Assembly: GCA_025350815.1 (NCBI GenBank) | Contig: JANXXE010000193.1 | Location: forward strand, 1,671-65,670 | Length of the DNA: 64,000 bases | Direction: 5' to 3' | From: Myxococcales bacterium | GTDB taxonomy: Bacteria > Myxococcota_A > Polyangia > Fen-1088 | Part shown: positions 32,448 through 42,907 of the stretch, in pieces | Layout of the letters: each line of letters opens with the position of its first letter | Numbering within the stretch: position 1 is the first letter of the stretch | The notes under the pieces: model-generated | Database searches by the model: none | What the model saw: only the letters and a program-made list of their open reading frames with translations | Told to the model about the DNA's origin: nothing | Program-made: the position numbers and the translations under genes

Positions 32448-34526
32448 TCACGCCTTGCGAAGGTCGCTTTGGAAGGGCGAAATATTCTCGGGGCTGGCCA
32501 GCCACAGGAAGACCGAGCGCATCTCGAGGAACTCGTCGCTGGCCATCTGCGCAAAATGCTTGGGCATGCCGGCGATCTCCAGGCCTTCCCAGACAAAGCC
32601 TGGCACGCCCGCGGTCAGCGCGCGCAAACCACCCGTGGCAACCGCGTCCAGCGCGCGCCAGTAACGGGCAATCGCCATCCCGGCCGCCGCTTTGAAGTTT
32701 GTCGGCGGCGACAAGTCTGCGGGCAGCGCCACCTGCGAAAGACCCGCGGCCCAGCACAGCCAGCACAGGCCGTTCCAGTTGGCACGGGCAAGTCGCATCA
32801 GCGCCGGCACCGGCCAGGCGGACGGCTCCAGGCTCTCGTCGATCTGCACATCGGTGGTCTCCGGGCCGGTGTCTGTTTCGTCGACGATCTGCGCGGCCTC
32901 GTTGCGCAAGACCACCGGTCCCTCGGGCAACAATAACGACACATCCGGCGGCAGCCACGGGCGCGGCGGCGGCACCGCGGACGGCGACACGCGCGCATCC
33001 AGCCGCGCCAGGCGCGCCACGACGGCGGCACGCAGCTTCATCAGACGGGTGGCATAAACCTGGATCGCGTGGTGCACCGCGGACAATGACTGCTCGGGTG
33101 CGTCGGGCATGTTTTCAAGCGGGGTCGACGGAAGCTCGCCCGACGGCCAGAACGAGAAAGTCGGAAAGATCAGCCGGACATAGGTGCGTACGAATTCGGC
33201 GGTCTCTTCACTGTCCGTCGCCACATGCTGTGCGTCCGCCAGCGCACCGTCGGCATCGCCGATTTCTATGCGGATCAGCGCCCGCGTCACATAGGTCATC
33301 GTGCGCTCGGGCGCCAACAGCACGGCCAGCTCGGCGAAATCGCGGGCTGCCCCCGGTGCGCCCTTGATCTGGGAGGCCATCGTGCGAAAGACCGCCGCCG
33401 GGTCGACGCCCGCGATCAGTAGGTTCAGCGTACCCGCAAGATTCTCGTCGGTGAGATCGGCCAGGGCCGCCGTGCGGCGGGCCGCCTCGTCGGGCGACAG
33501 GGGCACCACCGTGTCCAGCAGACAGACGCGCAGGTCGTCAGCGTGGCCCGATAAAGCGGCTGCACGCCCGACCGCACACAATGCCTCGCGGATGCGGCCA
33601 GCGGCGCGCAGGGACGCGGCCAGCGCCCGCCACCCTTCTGCAGGCCGATCCTCGTCGGAAAACACCTCCGCATTGCCGCCGCCCGTCTGATACGGCAGCC
33701 CCCAGTCCACGCTGCGCAACACCACACCCGCGGCGTCGCAGAACGTCCAGATGCCCACCGGCTGTTCGCGCTCGAAGGCCCCGGCCTCTTGCCGGATGCT
33801 TTCGTCGGCGTAGGGACTTTCGCCCGTCTCGACGAAACACCGCCGGTAGGGTCCCGTGCGTACACCGTCGGCCGAAAAATGCGCTTCAAGTCGAACCCTG
33901 CCCGCCTGGTCGAACAGCCTCGTGTGGATTTTGAATCCATCGGCATATTCCGATTCTTCGTCGATGGCGCCCCCGACTGTCCACGCCCGCCAGGCTCCCA
34001 CCCACTGGCCGCTGTTCGGATCGGTCTGGCCCACGTACCAGCGATCTTCACCCTCGTAAAACTGTGCCGCTTCGGGCAGGCCCGCCGGTCGCAAGGGCCG
34101 CACGCGCCCATCGGACAGCAGCGGCTCGCCGTTTCGGTTGTAAAACGTCTGCCGCTGCAACCGCCCGCGGGCGTAGCTGGCCCGCAATTGCCAGGCCCCG
34201 TCCGGTACGCAGCACGAACGCAGCATTTCCATCGTGGGCGCATCCGAGGCGAACGCGTCCAGGTCACCGTCGATTTCACCCGCGATATGCAGGCCCCGGC
34301 GCGCTATCTGCCCGTTCGGGTGATAGACGAAAAAAGGCCCGTCCTGCACGCCTGCAGAATAGGTGGTGCGCAAGTACGCGGTGCCGTCGGGACGAAACTT
34401 CAGACAGTCGCCGTCCTTTTCACCGCGCGCGTTGGTCTGCGCCAGCTCCCACTTTTCCTCGTCGGGGCGCCAGATCGCAGCGGCCGGGATGGCCTCGTTT
34501 CGTTCCGGTGCGTCGTCCGTGGCCAT
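32448..34526 (-). CDS. Large cytoplasmic repeat protein (MORN/YwqK-like repeats, helical TPR-like middle, unknown C-terminal domain)
   Basis: ORF track 32448..34604 (GTG start); ATG at 34526 gives MATDDAPERNE. MORN/YwqK-like units include GDCLKFRPDGTAYLRTTYSAGVQDGPFFVYHPNGQIARRG and YADGFKIHTRLFDQAGRVRLEAHFSADGVRTGPYRR. Ala-rich helical repeats occupy the middle. No signal peptide. It lies 25 bp upstream of paralog B. Confidence 0.7.
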   Translation of the reverse strand: MATDDAPERNEAIPAAAIWRPDEEKWELAQTNARGEKDGDCLKFRPDGTAYLRTTYSAGVQDGPFFVYHPNGQIARRGLHIAGEIDGDLDAFASDAPTMEMLRSCCVPDGAWQLRASYARGRLQRQTFYNRNGEPLLSDGRVRPLRPAGLPEAAQFYEGEDRWYVGQTDPNSGQWVGAWRAWTVGGAIDEESEYADGFKIHTRLFDQAGRVRLEAHFSADGVRTGPYRRCFVETGESPYADESIRQEAGAFEREQPVGIWTFCDAAGVVLRSVDWGLPYQTGGGNAEVFSDEDRPAEGWRALAASLRAAGRIREALCAVGRAAALSGHADDLRVCLLDTVVPLSPDEAARRTAALADLTDENLAGTLNLLIAGVDPAAVFRTMASQIKGAPGAARDFAELAVLLAPERTMTYVTRALIRIEIGDADGALADAQHVATDSEETAEFVRTYVRLIFPTFSFWPSGELPSTPLENMPDAPEQSLSAVHHAIQVYATRLMKLRAAVVARLARLDARVSPSAVPPPRPWLPPDVSLLLPEGPVVLRNEAAQIVDETDTGPETTDVQIDESLEPSAWPVPALMRLARANWNGLCWLCWAAGLSQVALPADLSPPTNFKAAAGMAIARYWRALDAVATGGLRALTAGVPGFVWEGLEIAGMPKHFAQMASDEFLEMRSVFLWLASPENISPFQSDLRKA

Positions 34527-34622
34527 GGAAGCGAGGGCGACTTTATCAACGGTGTCCGCTATTCTCAAAAGCCCTGACGACCCGCGTGGTCCGTCGCACA
34601 ACACACCTTCTTAGATCTCTTC

Positions 34623-35624
34623 ATGGAAACAGTCTTTTCGGGCATCCAGCCGTCGGGCGAACTGCATATCGGCAACTACCTGGGCGCCGTGCGCACCTGG
34701 GTCGCGCTGCAGGATCAGTACCGCTGCTTTTATTGCATCGTCGATCTGCACGCGATAACCCAACCCTATGAACCGGCCGAGATGCCCCGTCGCATTCGCG
34801 AGATGGCCATCGATCTGATCGCCTGCGGCATCGATCCCACGAAGGCGACGCTGTTCGTACAGTCGGCCGTGCCCGAACACACCGAACTTGCCTGGATGCT
34901 GGCCAGTGTGACGCCGTTCGGCGAACTGGGACGCATGACGCAATTCAAGGACAAGTCGGAACGCAACCCCGAGAACATCAACGCCGGCCTGTTCACCTAT
35001 CCCGTGCTGCAGGCGGCGGATGTTCTTCTTTATGGCGCAACCCGCGTCCCCGTCGGCGAGGATCAGCGGCAGCATCTGGAACTGGTGCGCGAGATTGTGC
35101 GCAAGTGGAACGCCCGTTTCGGTGACACCTTCGCCGAACCGCAACCCCTGCTGTCGTCCACGCCCAAGATCCTGGGCCTCGATGGCCAGGGCAAGATGTC
35201 GAAAAGCCTGGGCAACACGATCGGCCTGCGCGAAGCCGACGCCAAGATCTGGGACAAGCTGCGCGCCGCCGCCACCGATCCTGCGCGCGCACGGCGCACC
35301 GACCCGGGCGATCCGGACGTGTGCAATGTCTTCACGCTGCACCGGTTTTTTTCCGACGACAAGCGGCAACAGGACGTGCGCGCTGGCTGCACAACGGCCG
35401 GAATCGGCTGCATCGACTGCAAGAAGTGGTTATTGGAGGGCATGCTGGGCGATCTGCAACGGATCGCTCGGCGCCGCGACGAACTGGCGGCGCAGCCCCA
35501 CAAGATCGACGAGATCCTGGCCGACGGCGCCCGCCGCGCCCGTGCGGTGGCGCGCGAAACGATGACACGCATCCGCGCGCGACTGGGCCTCGACGCGCAC
35601 GGCGAGCCCGGAACCACCGGCTGA
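34623..35624 (+). CDS. trpS: Tryptophan--tRNA ligase
   Basis: ORF track 333 aa. FSGIQPSGELHIGNYLG is the HIGH-type motif, and KMSKS is present (GQGKMSKSLGN). Confidence 0.95.
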   Translation: METVFSGIQPSGELHIGNYLGAVRTWVALQDQYRCFYCIVDLHAITQPYEPAEMPRRIREMAIDLIACGIDPTKATLFVQSAVPEHTELAWMLASVTPFGELGRMTQFKDKSERNPENINAGLFTYPVLQAADVLLYGATRVPVGEDQRQHLELVREIVRKWNARFGDTFAEPQPLLSSTPKILGLDGQGKMSKSLGNTIGLREADAKIWDKLRAAATDPARARRTDPGDPDVCNVFTLHRFFSDDKRQQDVRAGCTTAGIGCIDCKKWLLEGMLGDLQRIARRRDELAAQPHKIDEILADGARRARAVARETMTRIRARLGLDAHGEPGTTG

Positions 35625-35636
35625 CGGGGCGCCCGC

Positions 35637-36065
35637 ATGCGCCACCATCGGCTCGCTTCACTGCGTCTCGTGCTGTGCCTCGGCCTGTCGGGGCTTGTGG
35701 CGACGGCCGCCTGTTCCGAACGCCGGGACGGACAAAATCCCGAGGGCGTGGTGCGCCTGCTGATTGCCGCAGCCCGCACCGGAGATCGCGCCGGCGTCTA
35801 CCAGTGGCTGGGTCCCGCAACCCGCGCGCGCATCGAGAACCTGGCCGAAGCCGCCCGCAAGTCGGGCAGCCGCACCACGATGAAGCCCGAAGACTTCCTT
35901 TCGGTTGGCTGGGCCCTGCCGACCTGGGAGCCGGACGGTATGCGCACGATCAGACGCACCGATGACGACGCCGAGGTCGAGGTGCACTCGGCGACGGGTG
36001 ATCGCAACTCGGTCAACCTGGTGCGCGAGGGCACCGCCTGGAAGATCGAACTGCCGGATCGCTAG
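35637..36065 (+). CDS. Small lipoprotein, function unknown
   Basis: ORF track 142 aa. The lipobox is LVATAACS. The rest is globular and has no motif I can name. Confidence 0.6.
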   Translation: MRHHRLASLRLVLCLGLSGLVATAACSERRDGQNPEGVVRLLIAAARTGDRAGVYQWLGPATRARIENLAEAARKSGSRTTMKPEDFLSVGWALPTWEPDGMRTIRRTDDDAEVEVHSATGDRNSVNLVREGTAWKIELPDR

Positions 36066-36073
36066 TGCTAGAG

Positions 36074-36604
36074 CTAGACACCGGCGGCAGGCTGGTGCCG
36101 GTACTGGACCTGCGTCTCTTCAATGACCTCGACGTCATTCTCGTCGATCTCGATGACCAGGTCGTCGAGATCAGCCTGCAGCAACGCAACCTCTGCGCTG
36201 CTGGCCTGACCCACGCGCGGCGGGCGGCGGCGCTGACCGACGCGACGTTCGCGCGGGAAGATCCGCCGGTCGACCGCATCGTGGCGCCGCTCTTCGTCGC
36301 GTCGGTCGCGGGTCAGCAGTTGCCGGATGCCCTCGACAGTGGGCGGCAGCGGCGCCAGCTTGAGCGTGCGCGCCGAGCAGCCGTGGCACATCGGCACCGA
36401 ACGGCTGTGCACCTCGACCAGGCGCAGCTGATCGCGGCGACGTTCTGTGCAGATCACACACGCCGCACCGAAGCCCACCGGGCGCGATTCGACCCAGCGG
36501 GCGTAACAGCCCCAGCAACGACCACGGCGCAGCTCGGATACGGACGCGCCGCATACACCACATTCAAGGCTTCCCCGATGGGCCCGATCGACCTCAATGC
36601 TCAT
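36074..36604 (-). CDS. Four-CxxC zinc-ribbon protein with Arg-rich linker and acidic C-terminal tail
   Basis: ORF track 176 aa. The four pairs are CGVC, CWGC, CVIC and CHGC. An RDRRDEERRHD...RRRPPR linker is followed by the acidic tail DLDDLVIEIDENDVEVIEE. Confidence 0.6.
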   Translation of the reverse strand: MSIEVDRAHRGSLECGVCGASVSELRRGRCWGCYARWVESRPVGFGAACVICTERRRDQLRLVEVHSRSVPMCHGCSARTLKLAPLPPTVEGIRQLLTRDRRDEERRHDAVDRRIFPRERRVGQRRRPPRVGQASSAEVALLQADLDDLVIEIDENDVEVIEETQVQYRHQPAAGV

Positions 36605-36665
36605 ATCCCACCCGTAGCGCCATCCGGAGAGGTGCGCAAATTTTTGGTCCTGAGCGAACGAACCT

Positions 36666-37277
36666 TTAGGTGCCGTCGATGCGGCCGACCGCGCACAGCA
36701 TCTCGCCCGCGAAATAAAGGGCGTCGTCGGGATCGTTGATGCGCTTGGGGCGCAGGAACGTGTTCAACACCACCCCTGAAGCGTCCCGGCGGGCGGCCGG
36801 CTCGGGCGGATAGACGTAGCTGCGACGAACGAGTCCGCCGCGCGATTCGCGAAAGACAATCCGCCCTTCGAGATCCACGGCCTCGACCAGGCCGACGTGG
36901 TTCGCGCACGATTGCCCGCCGCCTTCCAGGTCGAAGAACAGCACGTCGCCGGCGTGCGCCTGCGCGGCGGGAACCAGTCGATGCCGGGCGCTGACATACG
37001 CGAACAGGGCGCCCACCGTGCCGTCGGTGCCAAAGCGCAAGCCCCGCGCCCGCAACGCGCGTTCGACCAGTTCAGCCGCGTCGGGAACCGCCGAGCCGTG
37101 TCGCCACGCCGTCGTCGTGCTGGCCTTGGCATCCTTGCGGGCGGTGGCGGGGCGGAACACCGGGGAGGCGACACTGCGGCTGCGCACCGAAGTCGCACAA
37201 CCGAGACTGGCGACGGCGCTGGCGACAAGGACAGCGCCCAGCAGGGGCCACACCCGTTGACCATCAAAGCGCTTCAT
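36666..37277 (-). CDS. NlpC/P60 (C40) family cell-wall peptidase-like lipoprotein
   Basis: ORF track 36666..37343; ATG at 37277 gives MKRFDGQRVWPLLGAVLVASAVASLGCAT (lipobox). HAGDVLFFDLEGGGQSCANHVGLVEAVD is the typical NlpC/P60 C-terminal His region. The catalytic Cys region is less clear to me. Confidence 0.6.
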   Translation of the reverse strand: MKRFDGQRVWPLLGAVLVASAVASLGCATSVRSRSVASPVFRPATARKDAKASTTTAWRHGSAVPDAAELVERALRARGLRFGTDGTVGALFAYVSARHRLVPAAQAHAGDVLFFDLEGGGQSCANHVGLVEAVDLEGRIVFRESRGGLVRRSYVYPPEPAARRDASGVVLNTFLRPKRINDPDDALYFAGEMLCAVGRIDGT

Positions 37278-37371
37278 AGGATGAACTGTACGACATGTAC
37301 GTAAATTGTATACTTTTATCCACATGGCCAAGATTCGACGCATCAGCCCGATCGGCTATGATTCGGTAACC

Positions 37372-38550
<1,179 letters not shown>

Positions 38551-38567
38551 CGGCCGCCGTCAGCCGG

Positions 38568-39404
38568 ATGGGCATCGTCGGTGCCGGGCAGATGGGCCGG
38601 GGGATCGCCCAGGTGGCGATCGCGGCTGGCATCGAAGTGACCCTGGTCGATGCGGTACCGGCGGTGGCGCAAAAGGGGCGTGCGGCGATCGTGGCGACGC
38701 TGGCCCGCCTGGTCGACAAGGGCAAGCTGACGAGCGCCGAGCGTGACGCGCAGCTGGCGCGGCTGTCCGCGGGCGCAAGCGTCGCGGATCTGGCGGGCGC
38801 TGATTTCGTCGTCGAGGCGGCATCCGAAAACGTCACGATAAAGGAACGTCTCTTCGGCGAGCTTGACCGCGCCTGCCACCCCGACGCCATCCTGGCCAGC
38901 AACACCTCATCGATCAGCATCACGGCGCTGGCGGCGCATACGGGGCGCGGCGATCGCGTCGTCGGAATGCACTTCATGAATCCAGTTCCGCTGATGCGAC
39001 TGGTTGAGATCATCCGCGGCAAGGCGACGTCGGACGCCACGTGCGAAACGACGCGGGCGCTGGCGCACCGCCTGGAAAAAGAGACCGTGATGTCCCGCGA
39101 TGCGCCCGGCTTCATCGTGAACCGCGTGCTGATGCCGATGCTGAACGAGGCGTGCTTCGCGCTTGCCGACGGCGTCGCCAGCGCCGAGGACATCGACAAG
39201 GGGATTACGCTTGGCCTCAATCACCCGCTTGGACCGCTGGCGCTGGCGGATCTCATTGGCCTGGACACCACGCTGGCCATTCTTCAGGTGATGCACCGGG
39301 AGCTGGGCGACGACAAGTACCGTCCGTGTCCGCTGCTGGCGCAATACGTGGCCGAAGGCCGGCTGGGGCGAAAAGCGGGCCGCGGATTCTACGAATACAT
39401 CTAG
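38568..39404 (+). CDS. hbd: 3-hydroxybutyryl-CoA dehydrogenase
   Basis: ORF track 38502..39404; ATG at 38568 gives MGIVGAGQMGRGIAQV (NAD-binding GxGxxG). Also present: SNTSSISIT, HFMNPVPLMRLVEII, PGFIVNRVLMP. Confidence 0.9.
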   Translation: MGIVGAGQMGRGIAQVAIAAGIEVTLVDAVPAVAQKGRAAIVATLARLVDKGKLTSAERDAQLARLSAGASVADLAGADFVVEAASENVTIKERLFGELDRACHPDAILASNTSSISITALAAHTGRGDRVVGMHFMNPVPLMRLVEIIRGKATSDATCETTRALAHRLEKETVMSRDAPGFIVNRVLMPMLNEACFALADGVASAEDIDKGITLGLNHPLGPLALADLIGLDTTLAILQVMHRELGDDKYRPCPLLAQYVAEGRLGRKAGRGFYEYI

Positions 39405-39418
39405 CCTTCGCGTGACCC

Positions 39419-41686
39419 ATGGGACATAGCCGGACGCGCCCTGGCCCTTGCCTGCCCCTGGCGGCGGGCTTGCTGTTGCTGGGGATGGCGCTGGGGCTGT
39501 TCTGGCGCGCCCTGTTCGCCGGCGAGACATTCATCGAGCGCGATCTGACGACCTATTACCGCGCGGCCAAGTCCCTGGTCGTGCCGCTTGTCCGTGCCTC
39601 GGGAGGACTGCCGCTGTGGAATCCTTTCTTCGGATCAGGCCAGCCGTTTGCCGCCAATCCCGAGCACGAGATCTTTCACCCCGCGACAGCGTTGCTGTTC
39701 CTGCTGCCCTTCGAATGGGCATTTCGCCTGCAGATCATCCTGCCCCTGTTCGTCGGTGCGGGCGCCATGTTCGTACTGCTGCGGACGCTGCGGCGCAGCC
39801 GGCCGGGCGCGCTATTCGGCGGATTGACCTGGGGTTTCGGCGGCTACCTGCTGTCGACCACCAACCTGCTGCCCATCCTGTTCGCGGCGTCGGTGCTGCC
39901 CCTGGTGCTGAGTTTCGCGGTCCACGTGGCGCGCAAGCCCGGCGCTGCCAGCATCGCGGGCCTGGCGCTGACGGTGGGCCTGGTTTGCCTGGCGGGCGAG
40001 CCGTCGACATTGATGATGATGCCCATCCTGGGCGGGGCGGCTGTTCTGGCCGATCGCGCGCGGCCGGATCGCCGTGGAACGACGGCCCTGGCGGCGGGGT
40101 TGATCCTTGGCATCTGCGTCGGGGCCGCCACGTTGTTGCCGGGGGCGCATCACGCCGGCAAGACCATCCGCGCGACGGGGCTGCCTGATTCGGCAGCAAA
40201 TGAATGGTCCATGCCGCCCGTGCGAATTCTGGATCTTGTCGCGCCCAACGTCCTCGGCCACGTCGACCGCAGCGACGAGAAACGCTACTGGGGCGGGTCG
40301 CTGTACCCCGGCAAGCACTTTGCCTTCTTCTATTCGCTTTACCCAGGACTGTTGGCCAGCGTCCTTGGCGTGGCCGCGTGGATTCGCCGGCGGCGCGCGT
40401 TGGCACCGTGGCTGGTGGTCGCATGTGTCGGCTACCTGGTGGCACTCGGCGAGCATTTCCCGCTGTGGGGGCTCCTGCGTCGCCTGCCGCTGATGGCTGG
40501 GCTGCGCTACCCGGAAAAATTCGCGCTGCTTTTCATCTTGCCGCTGACCGTCGCCTCCGCCCACGGCTTCGATCAGATCATTCTTGGGCCCGGGCGCGCG
40601 CGGCGGCCGGTGATGCGCGTCCTGTTGGGCTTTGGCCTCGCGGGCGCCGTCCTCGCGGGAATCCTTTGTCGCGACGCCGGCCTTCGGATCGCCCTGCCCG
40701 ACGCGATTCGCCTGGGCTGCGCGGCCCTCGCGTCGCTGGCCGTTATCCGGCTGGCGCCGCGCCTCGGCCGAACGCGGCTGGCCCTGTCGGTGTGCGCGCT
40801 CGGGGCCCTGGATCTACTGGCGGCCGGGCAGCAGCTTGTGAAGACCGCACCCATTGCCGCGGTCAAGACGCCGCCGGTCGTCCTGCGGCCCTTGCTGGCC
40901 CAACCGGCCGACGAGCGGCTGTTTCACCTGGCGGCGTGGGATCCGGACCTGTCGATCGTCGGTGGCCTCGCCGCGCCGCCCGTGCCCGCACAGTGGGGTT
41001 TGGCAACCACGCTGGAGGTGGATTTCGACATGACCTTCCTGCGCTGGACCAACCAGGCGACCGATCTTTTCTGGGACGCCGTGCGTGCCGATCAGTCATT
41101 GGCGCAGCCGCTGTTGCGCCGACGCGGGGTCACGGCCGTGCTGAAATTTCGCGACGGTGTCCGATGGGAAGGCAAACACCTTTGGGCACCCGGCGGGGCC
41201 ACGCCCCTGGAACTGCTGAGGACGTCCGCGCCCTTCGCTTTCGCCGCCGCGCGCATCGAGATCGTCGACGGCGACAGCGCGTGGCTGGCCACGATGCGCC
41301 GACTCGGCCAGAAGATCCCGGAGACCGCGTGCGTGGACAGCACGGAACATCTTCTTGTTTCGGATCCGCCGTCACCCGCGACGGTGACAGTCGCACGCCG
41401 CACGCCGACGCGCATCTGGCTGGACGTCGACGCGCGTGGACCGACGCCGTCGTTCGTGGCCATCAACCAGACGTGGGATGACGGCTGGCGCGCAACCGTC
41501 GACGACGCACCGGCGCGCCTGTTGCGGACCGACATCAGCCTGTCCGGCGTGCAAATCCCGCTCGGCCGGCACCGACTGGAACTCAGCTACCGCGACCCGT
41601 GGCTGGAAGCGGGGCTGGCGGCGTCGTTGTTCGCGGTCCTGGCGTGTGTGGCGCTGGCGTTCATCGGGCGGCGCGCCCGCGCCTAA
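39419..41686 (+). CDS. YfhO-like polytopic membrane protein (putative glycosyl-transfer/glycan-handling membrane protein)
   Basis: ORF track 755 aa. More than 10 hydrophobic helices occupy the first ~480 aa. The conserved N-terminal region is FIERDLTTYYRAAKSLVVPLVRASGGLPLWNPFFGSGQPFAANP. A large C-terminal soluble domain ends in a final TM helix. Confidence 0.65.
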   Translation: MGHSRTRPGPCLPLAAGLLLLGMALGLFWRALFAGETFIERDLTTYYRAAKSLVVPLVRASGGLPLWNPFFGSGQPFAANPEHEIFHPATALLFLLPFEWAFRLQIILPLFVGAGAMFVLLRTLRRSRPGALFGGLTWGFGGYLLSTTNLLPILFAASVLPLVLSFAVHVARKPGAASIAGLALTVGLVCLAGEPSTLMMMPILGGAAVLADRARPDRRGTTALAAGLILGICVGAATLLPGAHHAGKTIRATGLPDSAANEWSMPPVRILDLVAPNVLGHVDRSDEKRYWGGSLYPGKHFAFFYSLYPGLLASVLGVAAWIRRRRALAPWLVVACVGYLVALGEHFPLWGLLRRLPLMAGLRYPEKFALLFILPLTVASAHGFDQIILGPGRARRPVMRVLLGFGLAGAVLAGILCRDAGLRIALPDAIRLGCAALASLAVIRLAPRLGRTRLALSVCALGALDLLAAGQQLVKTAPIAAVKTPPVVLRPLLAQPADERLFHLAAWDPDLSIVGGLAAPPVPAQWGLATTLEVDFDMTFLRWTNQATDLFWDAVRADQSLAQPLLRRRGVTAVLKFRDGVRWEGKHLWAPGGATPLELLRTSAPFAFAAARIEIVDGDSAWLATMRRLGQKIPETACVDSTEHLLVSDPPSPATVTVARRTPTRIWLDVDARGPTPSFVAINQTWDDGWRATVDDAPARLLRTDISLSGVQIPLGRHRLELSYRDPWLEAGLAASLFAVLACVALAFIGRRARA

Positions 41687-42786
41687 ACCTGTGCTGCCAG
41701 GGCGGGCGGCAATTGCGCGCGAATCTCGTCCAACCCCACGTCCTGCAACACCGCCTGCCCGGGGCCGGGACAAAAAACAAAACGAACCTTGTCCGAGCGC
41801 CGCTTCTTGTCGACCTCGATGCGCGCGAAAACCGCGGGGGTCAGACGCGCCGCCACGTCGACGGGCAAGTTCAGCCGCGCCAGCAGGCGGGCCGCGCGAC
41901 CCACCAGCGCCGGGGGTGTCACGCCGCGGGCCGCGCCCAGCGCCAGCGCCGCCACCATGCCCAGCGACACGGCCTCGCCGTGACGAAGACCCAGATTCGA
42001 TTCGGTCTCGACTGCGTGGCCCACGGTGTGGCCGAAGTTCAGGATGGCGCGGCGGCCCCCTTCGCGTTCGTCCTCGGTCACGACATCGGCCTTGATCCGC
42101 ACGGCCGCGGCAATCACGGGTTCAAGTGCCTGTGGCGTCCACGGCCCGACGTGGGCTTCAAGCGTCGCCAGCAACGGCGCATCCGCAATCAACGCCGCCT
42201 TGACCACCTCGGCCAGGCCCGCGGCCTGCTCGCGCACCGGCAAGGTTTCCAGAAAGCCCAGGTCCGCGATGACGGCCCGCGGCTGGTGAAAGGCCCCGAC
42301 AAGGTTCTTGCCCGCCGGCAAATCCACCCCGGTCTTGCCCCCGACCGATGCGTCCACCATCCCCAGTAAGGTCGTCGAGCAAACCGCAAACGGAATCCCG
42401 CGAAGATAAACAGCCGCCGCGAACCCCGCGTGATCACTGGCCGCCCCGCCACCGACACCTAGGATGGCCGCGCCGCGATCATAACCATTTTGCGCCAGCC
42501 ACTGGCACGTCGCCTCGATGGCGGACAGCGTCTTGGCGGCCTCACCGGCCGGCAGATCAAAGCACCGGACGGCCGGCATGCGCGCCGACAGGGCCGAAAC
42601 CAGGGCAGCCACACGTGGGGAAATCTGCGCAAGGAGGCCGTCAACCAGAACCGCGACACCGGAGACACGCCCGAGGGCCTGCGCCAAGACCTCGGCCTCC
42701 TGCGCAGCAGAAAAACTGCCGATAGACACATCGTAGCGACGATCGCCCAGGGGAACGGGAACGGTGATCACGATTGCGCCTAGCAT
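41683..42786 (-). CDS. aroB: 3-dehydroquinate synthase
   Basis: This is the C-terminal 367 codons of ORF 41683..43323; I start at ATG 42786 (MLGAIVITVPVPLGDRRYDV). Also present: GVGGGAASDHAGFAAAVYLRGIPFAVCSTTLLGMVDASVGGKTGV, GKNLVGAFHQP, NFGHTVGHAVE. Confidence 0.9.
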   Translation of the reverse strand: MLGAIVITVPVPLGDRRYDVSIGSFSAAQEAEVLAQALGRVSGVAVLVDGLLAQISPRVAALVSALSARMPAVRCFDLPAGEAAKTLSAIEATCQWLAQNGYDRGAAILGVGGGAASDHAGFAAAVYLRGIPFAVCSTTLLGMVDASVGGKTGVDLPAGKNLVGAFHQPRAVIADLGFLETLPVREQAAGLAEVVKAALIADAPLLATLEAHVGPWTPQALEPVIAAAVRIKADVVTEDEREGGRRAILNFGHTVGHAVETESNLGLRHGEAVSLGMVAALALGAARGVTPPALVGRAARLLARLNLPVDVAARLTPAVFARIEVDKKRRSDKVRFVFCPGPGQAVLQDVGLDEIRAQLPPALAAQV

Positions 42787-42907
42787 CCGGGTGAACGAGC
42801 CGATCGTCAACCTCGGTGCCGGCTGTGAAAAATGTAACGAAAGGCATTCGTCGGGAACTTGCACTGCGTCCAGCTGTGTCGTTCTGAAACGCCCCCGGAA
42901 GGAAGCC

